From assembly GCF_036321535.1 (NCBI RefSeq), contig NC_087436.1, forward strand, positions 13,144,001 to 13,208,000: a stretch of DNA of 64,000 nt, given 5' to 3'. The notes beneath the pieces are model-generated. The model did no database searches. It was not told the DNA's origin and worked only from the letters and a program-made list of their open reading frames with translations. The DNA is from Camelus dromedarius. Taxonomy: Eukaryota. Shown here one piece after another: positions 13,231 through 26,330 of this stretch (the stretch's first letter is position 1; each line of letters begins with the position of its first letter). The translations under genes and the position numbers were made by a program.

Positions 13231-15829
13231 AAAATATATAGTACTGATTACAAATATCAGTGTCACAGAAGAGGATTTTTCTGGAAAACCTTGATTTCAT
13301 CCAGGTTCACACTTCTAACTTCGGGAAAGTGAATTGTCTTCTAAAGGAGAGTACTTTTCCCCAAAATACTGTGGCAGTGAATCTGAGCTTTAAAGTGCTG
13401 CGGAAGATTTTTCAGGAAGTGTGCTTTAATCAGCATCTTCTGCCAGTGATTCTTCTTTCCTTTCACATTACAAAGAATGCCAGGAGAGTGAAGGCAATCA
13501 TGTAACTGCACACCATTATTGGGGTGAACCACAGAACCTGAGAGCGCCCAGTGTTTTTCAAATTCACATTTTAATATGGAGTAAAAGAGCCCCTTGTTTC
13601 TGTGATGAATGTGATGTGGCATGTTCTGATTGGTAAATGACCCCATAGAAAGCACCCAGGGAATGATCAAGTCACAGTCCAGCTTCGTAATTAGGTGTAG
13701 TTTTGTTTGTGGCCTTAATTGCGTTTGTTGGAAGCTGAGTCCTTGATTTCCCAATCATGTCTGCATTTTTACTTGCCCTATGTAAAATGAATAAGAGGAG
13801 GTATGTCTCCAAAGGAATACAGATTTGGGAGATTTGTGTGGTATGGGTAGCAGTAGAAAGTTTATCCCATTATTTAGTTGGCATCATTCTCCCAGGAAAA
13901 ACCTGAGCCTTCTGGGAATTTTAACTGTAATCAAGAATTTGTTCTCTTAGCTGCATGCTGCTAATCTGATACTTCTCCCCAAACTGTGTTGCCTCAATTA
14001 ATGAAGAGGCTGGTGTGGGTGCCTCGCTCCTTGGCATAGCTTTATACGTACAGCTGTTCCATCCTAGTGCAATTGTCGCCTGCATCTTCCCTCCACAATA
14101 ATGTAAGGAAGCTGAAAAATATGAAAATGCATATGACAGTGCTTTTTATGCTGAAAACAGTTTTACAAGGGTGATATAACCATCCTGGAAATAGGGAAGT
14201 GTCACGTTTGCGCAATTCCATGTCCCTTTCCTTTAAAGGAAAAGGGATCCTTAGGGGTTACTGGCTCTTTTGAGCATGAGGTTTCCTTCAGGGAGAGGTG
14301 GGTGAAAAGAAAGGGTATGATATTCACTTTGGCCAAGCAAGACCCAGTTTCCTTAGCGGATGAATCTTTACAAGCCCACAATCAGCGTCTGGCAGGCAGT
14401 GGGTTCCCAGTGTACCCGTGGTGATTCCAGAAACATAAGCACGCACTAAAGGATATGTTGGGACGGGTAAGGAAAAAGCCCATCCCAGTTCAGAAGGCCA
14501 GTCTACGTGCAGAGACAACTTGAAGGTTCCATCTACAAACAAATGCCTGCAGCCCCTCTAGGTTTGTGGAATAATGATTCCTATGTCTATCACTGGAATG
14601 TCTCTTTGGACATGTTTGCCTGAAATCACATCTTTACTGTTCTTGATATCAATGTTATTGGTGGACCCGTGGGGCCGACAGTGATTCATCACACAGGTGT
14701 GGCTTTGGGAGAAGGCAGAGAGAAGCTGACTCTTGGAATTTCTGCTTCAATTAGAGGTGGTGATATTCATTTTTATGACTTCAGACATTAAACAAGACCA
14801 CAAAAATTCATTTTTTTGTAGATTTTTCTCTCTGGAGGCCCAGATGATGTCAGTCCCAGTGTGGCTCAAGGTAGTACCCTACAGATGAAATAATATGTCT
14901 TAGCTCTCCATTTCTTTTGCTTTTCAAAATGATTCCTGTAAGCAAGATGTACAAAAGTGTGAGCCAAAAATCTGGATACGTGCTTTGTGTCCACTTTCAC
15001 ACGCAGCTCTGCTGATTGATTTCCTCCCCAGCCCTCGCTCCACATCACCTCACATCAGCCCTAACACCCTGCCTCCTTAGAAGCTCTTTTCTAAGAATTA
15101 AGCAGATTGTTTTGAGATGAAAAAAAAGGAAAACCAGAGATAAGCAGCAGAACTTTCTGCACTCACAGGAAGACAGTGTGTCGAGAGGAAAGCTGGATAC
15201 TACTTGTTAAGTGTCAAGTTGCCCAGGGTGGTGGAAAGAAGGAGGAGTCTAGGAGGAAAGATTGCTCACCTCTGCACCCTGTGAGGTTGATGTGATGCTA
15301 TTTGACAAGCCAGTCATGTAAGTTAATTATGTAAGTTCATGTAAGTTCATTTACTTAACTCCTTGAAGGTCCCCCGTTCTCTAAACTGTTGTCATATCTC
15401 CTTAATTGAGACATGGATCAATCCATCAGAATTCAGAGAAGACTGGCCTTCTGGAGTGCTAGTACCTAACAAAACACAGGAAAGGCTCCCTTTAGTCAAG
15501 GTTAAGACCACAGAAAGTCCCTGGAGAGAAGGCAGGTTAGCTTGCAGCCAGTCTCGCCTTCTTCCAAGACAAGACCTTTGGACAGTAATAGAATGAGAAA
15601 TTGTCGCTTGTACCCAGTACCATAGCCCACTTTCCTGCTGGTGTTATATAAATGCTAATTTACATATTAATCTTCACTGCTTCAAGTCTTATGTGGCCAA
15701 GCAAGGCCATAAGATATGTCTTATCTTTCTACCCGCCTCGGCCAGTCTCCATCCCCAAGCACTCCAGCACTTCCTTCCCATCTGTCCAGAGCCTCCACTC
15801 TTTCCCCTCCTGAGACCACCCTTCCTGGC

Positions 15830-15886
15830 ACATTAGGTTTTCAACAGATGAAACTGGTGAGGACACAAACATTCAGACCATAGCAA
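15830..15886 (-). mobile_element. MLT1 (MaLR) LTR terminal fragment
   Basis: ggacacaaacattcagaccatagca, the same terminus as the MLT1 near 23070-23091. Confidence 0.6.
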
Positions 15887-15959
15887 TGACGTCGACAATT
15901 TATTTTCACTGGAAATGAAAGATCAGTTTTTCTTACTCCGATTAAGACCTAGATTGTTG

Positions 15960-16860
15960 AATTTACTATGTGGGACTCTCTTATCCCGTCTTTTCAGAGT
16001 CAAACACTATCCTGAAATTTGTTTTAAGCACTCTCTGACTTTTCATAAAATTTAGTTTCATGTATATGTATATAGACATACATATATATTTGCTTAGCTT
16101 TGCTTATTTCTGAGCTTTATAAAAATAGCATTAGACTGCTTTCCATTTCTGCAGCTTGCTTTACTAATTCCAGATTATGTTTCCAAAATTCCTTCACGCA
16201 GCATTAGTTCATCTCTTTTTATTGGTATGTGTGAACCTATCATCACTCGTGTTGACATCTGGATTATCTCCAGCTGTTTGCTGTTGTAAACGATGACATG
16301 ATTATTCTTGCACATGTTTTCAGGGACACATGTTAAGAATTTCTTTAGGGCTTCTATTCAGGAGTGGAATTGCTAGTTAGAGGGCATTGGACTGAAGCTT
16401 TATGAGATAATGCTACATTGTCTTCTAAAATGGTTGTATCAATTTATACTTTCAAAAACACTTGGTATTTTCAGACTCCTTAAAGTTGCCAATCTAGTAA
16501 GAGTAAAATGATATCTAAGTGATTCTCTTAATTTGCATTTTTCTTGATTACTAGTGTGTCTGAGCATCTTTGCATGTTTTTCGGCCAGTATGTTTATTAT
16601 TCTATGCACATTCATGCATTTTACCCATTTCTGGAAGATGATTTTTTTTTTTAGTTTGTAAGAGTTCCTTTTTAACCCTGCACATGACATTTTTGTGAGT
16701 TATGTGGATTGAATATATGTTCTTCAAGGTTGTGTTTTGCCTTTTTACTTTCTTTTTGTCTCTTGCTGAGCAGAAGTTATTATTTTAATTTACCTGAATT
16801 TATCCATCTTCTCTATTTTTATTGAGATATACTGACATAATAACACATTAGTTTCAGATC
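15960..16860 (-). mobile_element. Old L1 (L1ME-like) 3' end
   Basis: Antisense L1 hallmarks: ggagtggaattgctag and ttaatttgcatttttcttgattactagtg...tgagcatctt. Confidence 0.75.
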
Positions 16861-18225
16861 ATTTTAAAAGTCCATACTGATAATAATGACTATTACTATC
16901 ACTGTTCATTGCAAAGGGACAATTAGGATAATGAGTTAATTTAAGACAATTTATGCATTCACATGTTATTCATTTAATAGACTGTTAGTTAATATTCTCA
17001 AGTCATTATCCATTAGGAACAAAGATAATAATGAATGGAAATTTTTACTGATCCAAGGCCGGATGTCTTGGAAGAGCATTTCCTTGTATGTAATCAGTTT
17101 TAACCAGAAACTACAGACCTTCAAGAAGAGATGCAATGAAAGTTTTTATAGGGCTGCAAATTCCTCATGGAAATATTTACTGTTTGAAACATAATCAAAA
17201 ACTAATTTTGCCACTATTTGAACCTCATCAACAGATTATAATACCACTTTAAAGAGTTTCAAGTATTCACCATTGGCTTTAGGCTATAGAAAAGTAACGA
17301 AATTTAGAAAGAGACACAATTTTTCTAAATGGTTGTGTTTGTATTTTTTCAAAGGCAAGTTTTTGCTCTCCCAGCTTTTTCCATCTCAGAAATACTACTA
17401 TTAAATACCTTCCTTTTCTGAAAGGAAAAGCAGAGAATGCTATGAGACTAAATAAATAAAATTGTCCTTAGAAACAGCTAGGAATCCTAGAGAAGAGACC
17501 TGATATGTGATGCTTATGAAACCCCTCTTCTGTGTCTTCCTTTCCAAATACTCCCTTGGAGTAATGGTGCATAGTACCCCACGAGAGCAGCAGTGTTTGA
17601 GGAGGGGTAGTTAAGTGATGGGTGTAAGTTACTGCTTTCGGATTACACCACATGGAAGGACAAATAAGGATGAGCAACATTCTAATGTCAGCCATTGATT
17701 ATTTTCACAATTAAATACTGTTATCTATTCTGTTTCATTGTTTCAGTACAATACACCCAGCATAAAGTAGAAGCAATTGAAACCAAAAAAAAAAAAAGCT
17801 GCTTGACATGTAGGAATCTCTACAAAAGGGCTTCAGGATGCTTTGGAAACTCACAAGCCCTTTGAGACCACCTCAAAGAAAAGAGTGACATGATTGGGTG
17901 CCAGGCGCATCGAGGAGAGAGCCTTTTGCTGTGGTTTCCCGTCTCCAGCCCCTGCATCATTCTAGCCTGGGGGGCTGGGAACACCAGTGCTCTGGGATTT
18001 GTATCCATTTTCTGTAACTGGCTTTTGTCTGGCTTCCCCTTGGTCACACCTCATATTGTACCCTGGCTCAATGACCATATCAAGGCCTTGTCCTCAGATT
18101 TCTCCTAAATTCTAGCTGGCTGTTGGGCCTGACCTTGTTCACCACCATTTTATAGCTTCCTCAAAAGTGATGTCACTTCCTAGCGGTTTGGATCACTGTG
18201 CTTTTGGTTCAGGAAAAAGGGGCCC

Positions 18226-18370
18226 TGAGAAGATGTTCGTGTCCCAGGTCCCAGGCGAGTCCCTAGGCTCCAAGTGAGGGTTTTGGCTTCGCACAGGAAA
18301 GAATTCAAGAACAAGTCATAGTTGAGGAGAGGTGCACATTCCATAGACTGAATGTAGGCCGTCTCAGGCA
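18226..18370 (-). mobile_element. ERV1-like LTR fragment
   Basis: ttggcttcgcacaggaaagaattcaagaacaagtcatag resembles an antisense ERV1 LTR U5/R region. Confidence 0.55.
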
Positions 18371-18983
18371 TTTTCAACCATAGGGTCAGTTTTGGAGTTT
18401 GAGGGGTTTTGTTTGTCTACTTGCTCTCTGTCTGGGTCTGTGTAGCATCTTTGTTGAGAATATAGCACATGCTGTTTGCTTAGCAAACAAGATCTGATGA
18501 TCATAATTGAGATTGGAGCTTTTTTCTGACTTCTTTGGAGAAAATGCCACTCCTAAATCAGGGCATTGTCATTTTTATTTCTTTTTAATCTGTCACCCTA
18601 TAAAGAAAATACTCTGACTTGTGTTACACGATTAAAATGTTGTTAAGTCGTTTAATATATTGTTCCCAGATGGGACATGCAAAATAGGATGTTTGCCCAC
18701 AAGTCCTCTTCCAAAGCTCAGCGAACATGAGGGTAGGAAGGATCAACAGAGTCTGCCAATTCTCTGGATATATTTATTTAGTTCATCTGCTTGCAAAGTA
18801 TTTCTACATCTTATTTTTTGTATATTATCCCAGGGAGAGATTAACAAATGAGTTACAAAATTACCACTTTATATACCAAGAAAGTGAGCATAGGTGAGTC
18901 ACATGGTCTCCCAGGAAGGTCAGGGGCTGTGTTGAGCCCAGGGATTGGGACTCTGGTGTAGGTAGCAGAGTTGTGCATGGGTG

Positions 18984-19797
18984 TGTGATATATAATAGGA
19001 AATATAATTGGTCTTCATCCTGTTTTTAGCACAGAGCTCCTAAAACTCCTGGAATTTCCTAAATGATGAGAGCAAAAATTGGCTTTTGTTATGTTAATCA
19101 GGTGACTTTTGGACCCCACCTGAGGATGGGGGCTGGTTGCCAGTGGAGCCAACCAACTGATTAGAGGGTTGGAACTTTCAGTCCTACCTCCCCACCCACC
19201 CACTGACCTCCCTGAAGAGGAGAAGAGCTGGAAGTTGAATCAGTTTCCAATGGCCCATGATTTAATCAACCACGCCTGTGTAATGAGGCCTCCGAAAGAG
19301 CAGAATTCTGAGCACACTGCGGTTGATGAACACAAGGTGAGTGGCGTGCAGGAGAGGGCATGGGCGCTCCTCACCCTTTCCCCACATGTTGCCCACTGTA
19401 TCTCCTCTAGCTGGCTGCTCCTGAGTTATATTATTTCATGGTTAACTGGTAATCTAGACAATAAAGTGTTTCTCTGAGTTCTGTGAGCTGCTTTAGCAAA
19501 TTAATTGAACCCAAGGAGGGAGTCATTGGAACCTCCCATCGGTAGCCGGTCAGTCAGAGGCACAGGTGATGATCTGGACTTGCGACAGCTGTCTCAACTG
19601 GGTGGTGGTGGGGTGGTCTTGCAGAATTTTTTTTTTTTTTTTTTTCAGAATTAAGCTCTTAACCTGTGGGATCTGATACTTCCTCTGGGTAGACAGTGTC
19701 AGAACTGAGTTGAATTCTAGAAACCCCATTGGTGTCCAGAGAACTGGTGATAAGGGAAAAAAATCCTTTTCACCTATGTTGGAATTAGGTGTCAGAA
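18984..19797 (+). mobile_element. MER21-family LTR
   Basis: tgtgatatataatagg...gattagagggttggaactttcag...aataaagtgtttctctgagttctgtgagctg...ggtgtcagaa, as in recalled MER21 consensus. Confidence 0.75.
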
Positions 19798-20740
19798 TCT
19801 CAAGCAAGTCTTGCCAGTTCTGCTTCCTGGTCCTGCCCATTCTTTCCTCTTTCTAGCCCCTGGGCTTGGTGGTCGGGGGGGGGGTGGTCCTTTGTTTCCT
19901 GGGCCCATCATCTAAGCATCCAAACGATAAGGCTCTTGTTCATTTTTCCCTCACATTCTGCCCACTTCTATGTACAGTCCTTGATTTTTAGGCCTTCCCT
20001 GTTCTCCAAGAAGGTGGTTGGACCCCGGTGAGAGTGCCCAGACATGCTCCAAACCCTGTCCCTAACAGTATTCTCATGGACCCAAGAAGAGGGGGAAGTG
20101 GTTCATGGAACTTGGAGCTCCTATGCCTCTGTTTGCAGATAAACTCATCATCAAGGCCTGAAAACATTCTCACCTTCAGGGAGAGGACCACAAAGGCCCT
20201 GGGGAGCGGCAGTTCTAGACAGACACAGTCAAGTTCATCTCCCTCAGGCCTGTCATTGACCCCAGCCCACTGAGCTCACTGGGCACTGCCCTCCTGAACA
20301 CTTCTGTTGCCCCTCTGCTCCTCTGTTGCCTGTTGCCCATTCCTGTTGCCCCTCTGCCCCTGATGGCCACAGGGGAGGGGTGGGTAGACAGGAAAAGCTT
20401 AGAAACAGGTCTGGCCTCAGGGCACAGCTTCCAGAATGGGAAAGTAACTTGGACTGTTTGAGGGAAGTAACAAAGCAAAAAGATGCATCAATTGACCAAA
20501 ATTATGGCCCTAAAATATCAGAGGATCTTAGAAGAGGTTTCTTTGCTCACTTGGGTTCAGGAACTTAGCAAGAAATTTAAAAGTCACACTGTGACAGGAT
20601 CTGACCCACCATATGATAAACGTCTCTCACAATGTTTGGACTGTTTAAAATGGAGATGGATACATTTTGCTGTTAACATCAGTTATTTTCTTCACCTTAT
20701 TTTGCCTTTTGTTACTGTGGAGGTGAAAAGGGGGTGGAAG

Positions 20741-20872
20741 TGTTAAGTAGTTAGGTAAGTGGGGGCACCCAGCAGATAAGGTGGAGGAGAGGGAGGATGG
20801 TCCGGAAGACGGCGGAAGATGGCCTTCAGCATAAAGGGGCTTTACCTCCTCTAAATGAGAGCCAGCAAGAAT
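20741..20872 (+). mobile_element. Truncated 5' part of an ERV LTR, same family as 57329-57881
   Basis: Direct similarity within the window: both carry gccttcagcataaaggggctttac(c/t)tcctctaaatgagagccag, and both start TGTT..TAGTTAG. Confidence 0.8.
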
Positions 20873-21918
20873 AATTCCATGGATTTTTTTTCCATATGCT
20901 TTTGCTAAGCTCACTTTGTTTTGGTTGGAGGGTAAGATTCCTTGAGATTTTCTGCATTGTCAATTATGTCATCAGTGAATAAAAAGTTTCACTTCTTTTC
21001 AAATTTATCTGAATTTTATTTATTTCTTTATTTAGGCCTGTTGCACTGACTAGAACCTCCGATACAAAGCTGTTTTTTATGTGATGAGAGTGAACATTCT
21101 TGCTTTGTTACTGATCTTACTGGGAAAACATTGTCTTTCATCGTTTAATATAATGTTGGCTGCGAGTTTTGTACAGGTGTTCACTTATCAAATTGAGAAT
21201 GGTTTCTTCTATACCTAGTTTGCTGAGAACTTTTTTTAATCATAAATAGGTGCTGAATTTTATCAAATGCTCTTCTGCATCTATTGAGATGATCACGTGA
21301 TTTTGTAGTTTAGTCCATTTATGTGGTGAGTTATACAGATGGATTTGCAAATGTTAAACCAACATTGCATTCCTAGGATGAACCCCACTTGATCATGATA
21401 TATTACCTTTTTAGATACATAGCTAGATTTAGTGCTACATTTTCTTAAGAATTTTGAGTCTATATTCATGAAAGATATTAGTTTCCTTTTAATGTGCACA
21501 TCTGGTTTTAGTATCACAGCAATGATATCATAAAAAGTTTCTTCCTTTATATCTCAAAATTTCACATGGATCAGGCTTGATTTTCTCCTGATATATTTGA
21601 AGGAATTCAAAGTTTAGTGATGCGGGAGTTTTCCTACGTCAAGGTTTTAAGGTATGAATTTGATTCCTTTCATCCCATAGGACTAGTGAAGCATGTCTGT
21701 TTTTCTTAAATGAGCCTAAGTAGTTTGCCGCTTCTTTCAAGGAGTTTGTCCATTTTACATAAGTTGTCAAATTGACTTGGTTTAAAACTGTTAATAATAT
21801 TTACTTATTATCCTTTTAATGCCTGTGGAATTTGAAGTGATATCTTCGCTCTCATTCTTGATATTAGTCATTTTCTTTTCTCTCTCTCTCTCTTTTTCCT
21901 TGAACTGTGTGGATAGAG

Positions 21919-22140
21919 CAGAATTTCTCAAACTTGGCACTATTGACATTTTGGGCCAAATAATTCTTTGTGGTGGGGAGTTGTCCTGTGCATAGAGGGT
22001 ATTAGCAGCATAATTTAGCCTTTACCCACTAAATGCCTGTAGCAATTACATCCTCTCAATTTGTGTCAATCAAAAATGTCTCCAGACATTGACAAATGTC
22101 CCCTGGGGTGGGTGGAATAAACTTTGGTTAAGATCCGCTG
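21919..22140 (+). mobile_element. MER20 (hAT-Charlie) DNA transposon
   Basis: cagaatttctcaaacttggcactattgacattttgggcc...aatgtctccagacattgacaaatgtcccctgggg, with an 8-bp TSD-like pair ggatagag / ggccagag. Confidence 0.85.
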
Positions 22141-22460
22141 GGCCAGAGCTTCGTAGATTTTTGTCTCATTGATTTTTTAAAATATGTCTTCTGTTTTTTA
22201 TTTCATTGTTTTCTGCTCTTATCTTTATAATTGCCTTCCTGTTTTTTAACTCTGGGTTTAACTTCTAATGTCATTAGTTTAAGATGGTTCTTTTTTATAA
22301 TGTAAGCTTTCAATGCTGTATATTTCTCTCTTGGCACTTAATTTAGCTGCATCTCATTAATTTTATGTTACATTTTCTTTTTCAAAAAATTTGCATTACT
22401 TTGTAATTTCCTTTTCAAGTTTTTCTTTAACTCATGTAATTTCCTTTTCAAGTTTTTAAC

Positions 22461-23091
22461 TCTTAGTCTGTGTAGGTGGCTACAACAAAATGTTCCAAAC
22501 TAAGTGACTTATAAAACAATAGCAACTTCTTTTTTTTTTTCTTTTTTCTTTTTTTAATTGAAGTAGAGTTGATTTACAGTATTGTGTTAGTTTTGGGTGT
22601 ACAGCAAAGTGATTCAGTTATACATATATATTGTTTTTCAGATTCTTTTCCATTATAGGTTAAGATATTAAACATAGTTCCCTGTGCCATACAGTAGGTC
22701 CTTGCTGTTTAACTATTTTATATACAGTAGTGTGTGTCTGTTAATCCCAAACTCTCAATTTACCCCTCCCCCAGCAATTTATTTCTAACAGTTCTGGAGG
22801 CTGGGAGACTAAGATCAGGTTGCCAGCATAGTTGGTCCCAGTGAAGACCCCCTTCCTTCCAGGTTACACACTATCAACTTCTTGTTGTGTCCTCACATGG
22901 TTGAAAGGGCTGGGCGGGGGGAGTGGAGCTCTCTGAGGCCTCCTTTATAAGGGCACTAATCCCATTTATGAGGGCTCTGCCTTCATGACATAATCACCTC
23001 CCCAAGGCTTCACTTCCTCATACCATGACCTAGGGGCATTAGGTTTTTCAACACATGAATTTTGGAGGGACACAAACATTCAAACCATAGC
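22461..23091 (-). mobile_element. MLT1A-like MaLR solo LTR, split by an L1 3' end
   Basis: tcttagtctg...atttatttctaacagttctggaggctggga...ggacacaaacattcaaaccatagc. Confidence 0.85.
22530..22773 (-). mobile_element. Short 5'-truncated Cetartiodactyla-type L1 3' end
   Basis: PolyT followed by aattgaagtagagttgatttacag...gtacagcaaagtgattcagttatac. Flanked by the degenerate TSD agcaacttct / agcaatttat. Confidence 0.85.
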
Positions 23092-24639
23092 CCAGGGGTT
23101 ATTTAGAGGTGCGCTCTTTAATTTTCATTGTCAGATATCTTCCTGATCTTCCTAGTACTGACTTCTAGTTTAAATTCATTGGGGCAACCATATTTTTTAT
23201 GATTTTAGTTTTTAAAAACTTATTGAGGGTTGTTTTGTCTTGTTTTTTAACCTCAGAATATGGTCTATTTTAGTGTTTCATGAGCACTTGAAAAAATCGT
23301 GCATTTTGCAGATCTCTTTATAAATGTGACTTGTCTATTTCCCCTATCAATTTTTGCCTCATGCATTTTAAATTTTTGTTATTCTGTGCATATACATTAA
23401 GAACTTGTCATCTGGATGAAATTACTCATTAATCATTATGATCTTTATCCTTGATAATATTCCTTGTTCTGAAGTAAAGTTAGATATTAACATAACCACT
23501 TAAGTTTTCTATAATTAGCTTTGCATTTTATAGCTTTTTTCTGTCTTTTAACTTTTAAACTATTTGTGCCTTTATACTTTTAGTGGGTTTCTTAACAGAT
23601 AGCTACAATTCCTCAGATCGTCTAGTTTATATGAAACTAAGTTTACTAGCATTTTCTTCTGTCATCTCCAATCTTTTCTTAAGCCTACCCTGTGGATTTT
23701 TTTATTCTAGATATTAATGTTTCAGTTCTGGGATTTCAATTTAATTATTTTCAACAATTTCTATTTCTCTCTGGCATTCTATAGCTAGTCACTCATTTGA
23801 GCATATATTTCTTTATAGTGTTGAGTATAGTTAAAAATATGCTTTAAAATCTTGGTAATTTCAACATCTGGGTCATCTTTGGGTTTGTCTCCATTGGTTG
23901 TCTTTTATTTGAGCATTGGTCAAGTGTTCTTACTTCTTCATGTGTCTAGTAATTTTGGATCATATCTCAGATATTGCTAATGATACGGTGTACAGATTTT
24001 GGTTTCTTTTATGTCCCTCTTTAGAATATTAACTTTGTTTTATCAGGCAATTTTCTTGATTTTACTCAATCTATAAACTTTTTGTGTGTGTTGTGTGAAG
24101 CATTAGAAACCTAATTTATTTCTTCTAGCATTGGCTGGGCTGCTTGAAGCCTTCCCTACACATGTGTAGTTCAGGGATCAGCCAGGGATTTAAGCACAAT
24201 TTATATGCAGAATATAGGTCTCCTCCTCCATGGCTCTCTCCTTTCTGAGATTTCCTCTTCAATTTTTAGCAGCTGTGGTCTCCCTGAAACTTGTCCTTTG
24301 GTTACTTAAGCCTGTAGAACTGGATTTTCTGGTCAAGTTTTAGCCTCCCCATCTGGCATAAATTGGGATCTGCTCTCCGGTAAACAAGTTGAGAAAAAAT
24401 GAGAAGCTTATCCCATGCCATGTCTTCCTTCCAAAAGTAGACTGCTCTCAAGTTTCTGCCTGTTTCTGTTTGCTCTCCAGTGCCTTCAGGTAGTTGTTAT
24501 ATTTTCTCCTGAGCTCATAATTGTTATTTGAATGATATTTGACCCAGTAAGAGTTATTCCTCCATTACCAGCGCCTTGAATCCCATTGCTCTGGCTTGGA
24601 TTCTTTTAATATAGAGATACAATGCCTTATACTTTTCAT

Positions 24640-26330
24640 CATTGACAATTTTTCTGTTTATTATCAAAGATAAATCAGACCTTTCAGAAGCCTATTCTTA
24701 TTTCAACTACCCCAAATAGCTTAGTATCTTCCCCAAATATGAATATTTTCCTTTGTTGTCTCTCTTCCAAGGTATTAATTCATGAAGTCCTTATAGAATT
24801 CTCTTATTTACCTGTTTCTATTCAGAGAAGAGTTCATTTATCTGTATCTTTTGTTTCTTATCTCCAAACCCTTTATAAGATAACATAGACTCTTCACTAC
24901 AAACATGACCAGATTTTGAAAATAGCGTGTGTGAAACTTTGTCAAAAGCCTTTTGAAGTTCTCAGTAGACTTTATCAACTAATTGTTTATGCTTATGCAT
25001 TTTTAGTTTTTGAAGGACATCAGTAATTTACTTATAACATATTTTTGAAATATTTCTTTGGAGAACTCATGTTGCCTCATGGGTCATTTTAAGAGTTTGA
25101 TAGTCCATCCTTTACTAATTTAACCTAATATCAGCTTGTCTGGAGCAGAAGTATCGTGTAATAATTAAACATTCTTGGATTCTTTCTGGATTTTTTTTTT
25201 TTTTTTACTGAGATTACATTTGTAATCTTCGTCTTCTGGCATGGGAATCATAAGTCCAATTTCACATTTTGGCCACACATCCTTGATTTTATACCTCAGT
25301 TACTTTCAAAGTGCCATCTGATTTGATGATATAAACTAAATTTATTTTGCTAATAGTAACTAACATTTATTGTACATGTATTAGATGCCAAACAATGTTC
25401 TAAGTGTATGATCTCATTTTGTCCTCCAAATACACTATAACTTGCCTTTATTACCATCTACAGATATAAAACTGTTGGACCACATCCTAGATATTGACCA
25501 CCATTTGATCTAATGCTTCTAATTTTTTTCAACTTAGAGGAAATTTTGGAATAGCACTTTCTTAAGCCTTGAAACCATAGTTTCTTGACGCATTCTTTAA
25601 ACTGATTCTATAAGAATAATATGTGGTCCCCCAGGGAGGGAAAACTTTAAAAAGTGGGGGAAGTGGCAAAGACAGGAGGTTGTCACTCAAAAAAATTAGC
25701 AATGCTGAAGCTGCCAACAGAGATAGAAGAGCACGTGGTGGGATAGTGAATCACATTTTATTACTCTCAGAGCTCCATCCTTTTATCAGTGTTTGAATAA
25801 AATAGGTATGTTTTATGTTTTTTTTTCATGTGTTTCTGGCTCAATTTATTTGCCCCGTATGTTTTGTTTCTTTCTTTTCCTATTTTGTGTTATAGTTTTC
25901 TTCTTCTGTCATCCAGTCTGAGACATCTCCTTGGGCCCCTTTTTGTTCTTGAGTTATCTTTTCATTTTTTAAAAAACTTGCTTTTTTTGTTGGAAGTGTC
26001 TTCCTTTTTCTATCGTGATCTTTTTACCAAAACCATTTTCTTTTTCCATTTTCCTCCTTTCATCTTCCCAGTCAGTTGTGGTTCATTTTCATTCTTTGTG
26101 TTTTTAATTATCAGTTTCCTCCCATGGTGCTTTTTCTCTGCTCCCCTGCATGATTTTCCTTGATCTCCTCACAACTTATTTTTTCTTTCTGTCATTATTG
26201 GGCTTATTTGACTGCACCAGTTTTTGTGATTTCTCCTGTAGGGTCCTTTTCCTTTCTTCTTTCCCTAACTCTTCTTCCTGCCCTCAACTTGGTAATGCAC
26301 TGATTTGAAACAAAGGATTTCATGACATTT
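24640..26330 (-). mobile_element. CR1/L3-type LINE ORF2 relic, with a MIR inserted at ~25350-25470
   Basis: The minus strand of 24929-24958 gives LQKAFDKVSH (CR1 motif DFxKAFDxVxH), and 24717-24737 gives FGEDTKL (CR1 motif FADDTKL), in the expected order. Boundaries are approximate. Confidence 0.7.

Larger units (their letters stand above)
20900..24600 (-). mobile_element. Old L1M (ORF2 through ORF1/5' region), interrupted by MER20 and MLT1
   Basis: ORF 21293-21517 (-) reads ISFMNIDSKFL...IYHDQVGFILGMQCWFNICKSI...HHIN, a clear L1 ORF2 reverse-transcriptase segment. Confidence 0.85.

Noticed and set aside
13341..13754. 137-aa minus-strand ORF
   Set aside because: Non-ATG start, no recognisable domain and no splice context. 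This length is compatible with chance in 64 kb.
20303..20362. Degenerate ctgttgcc(c) tandem, and the similar atgtaagtt x3 at ~15316-15347
   Set aside because: Short slippage-type repeats with no spacer structure or supporting context.
25828..26163. Hydrophobic 111-aa ORF resembling a membrane protein
   Set aside because: The Phe/Leu richness comes from the T-rich antisense strand of a LINE relic.
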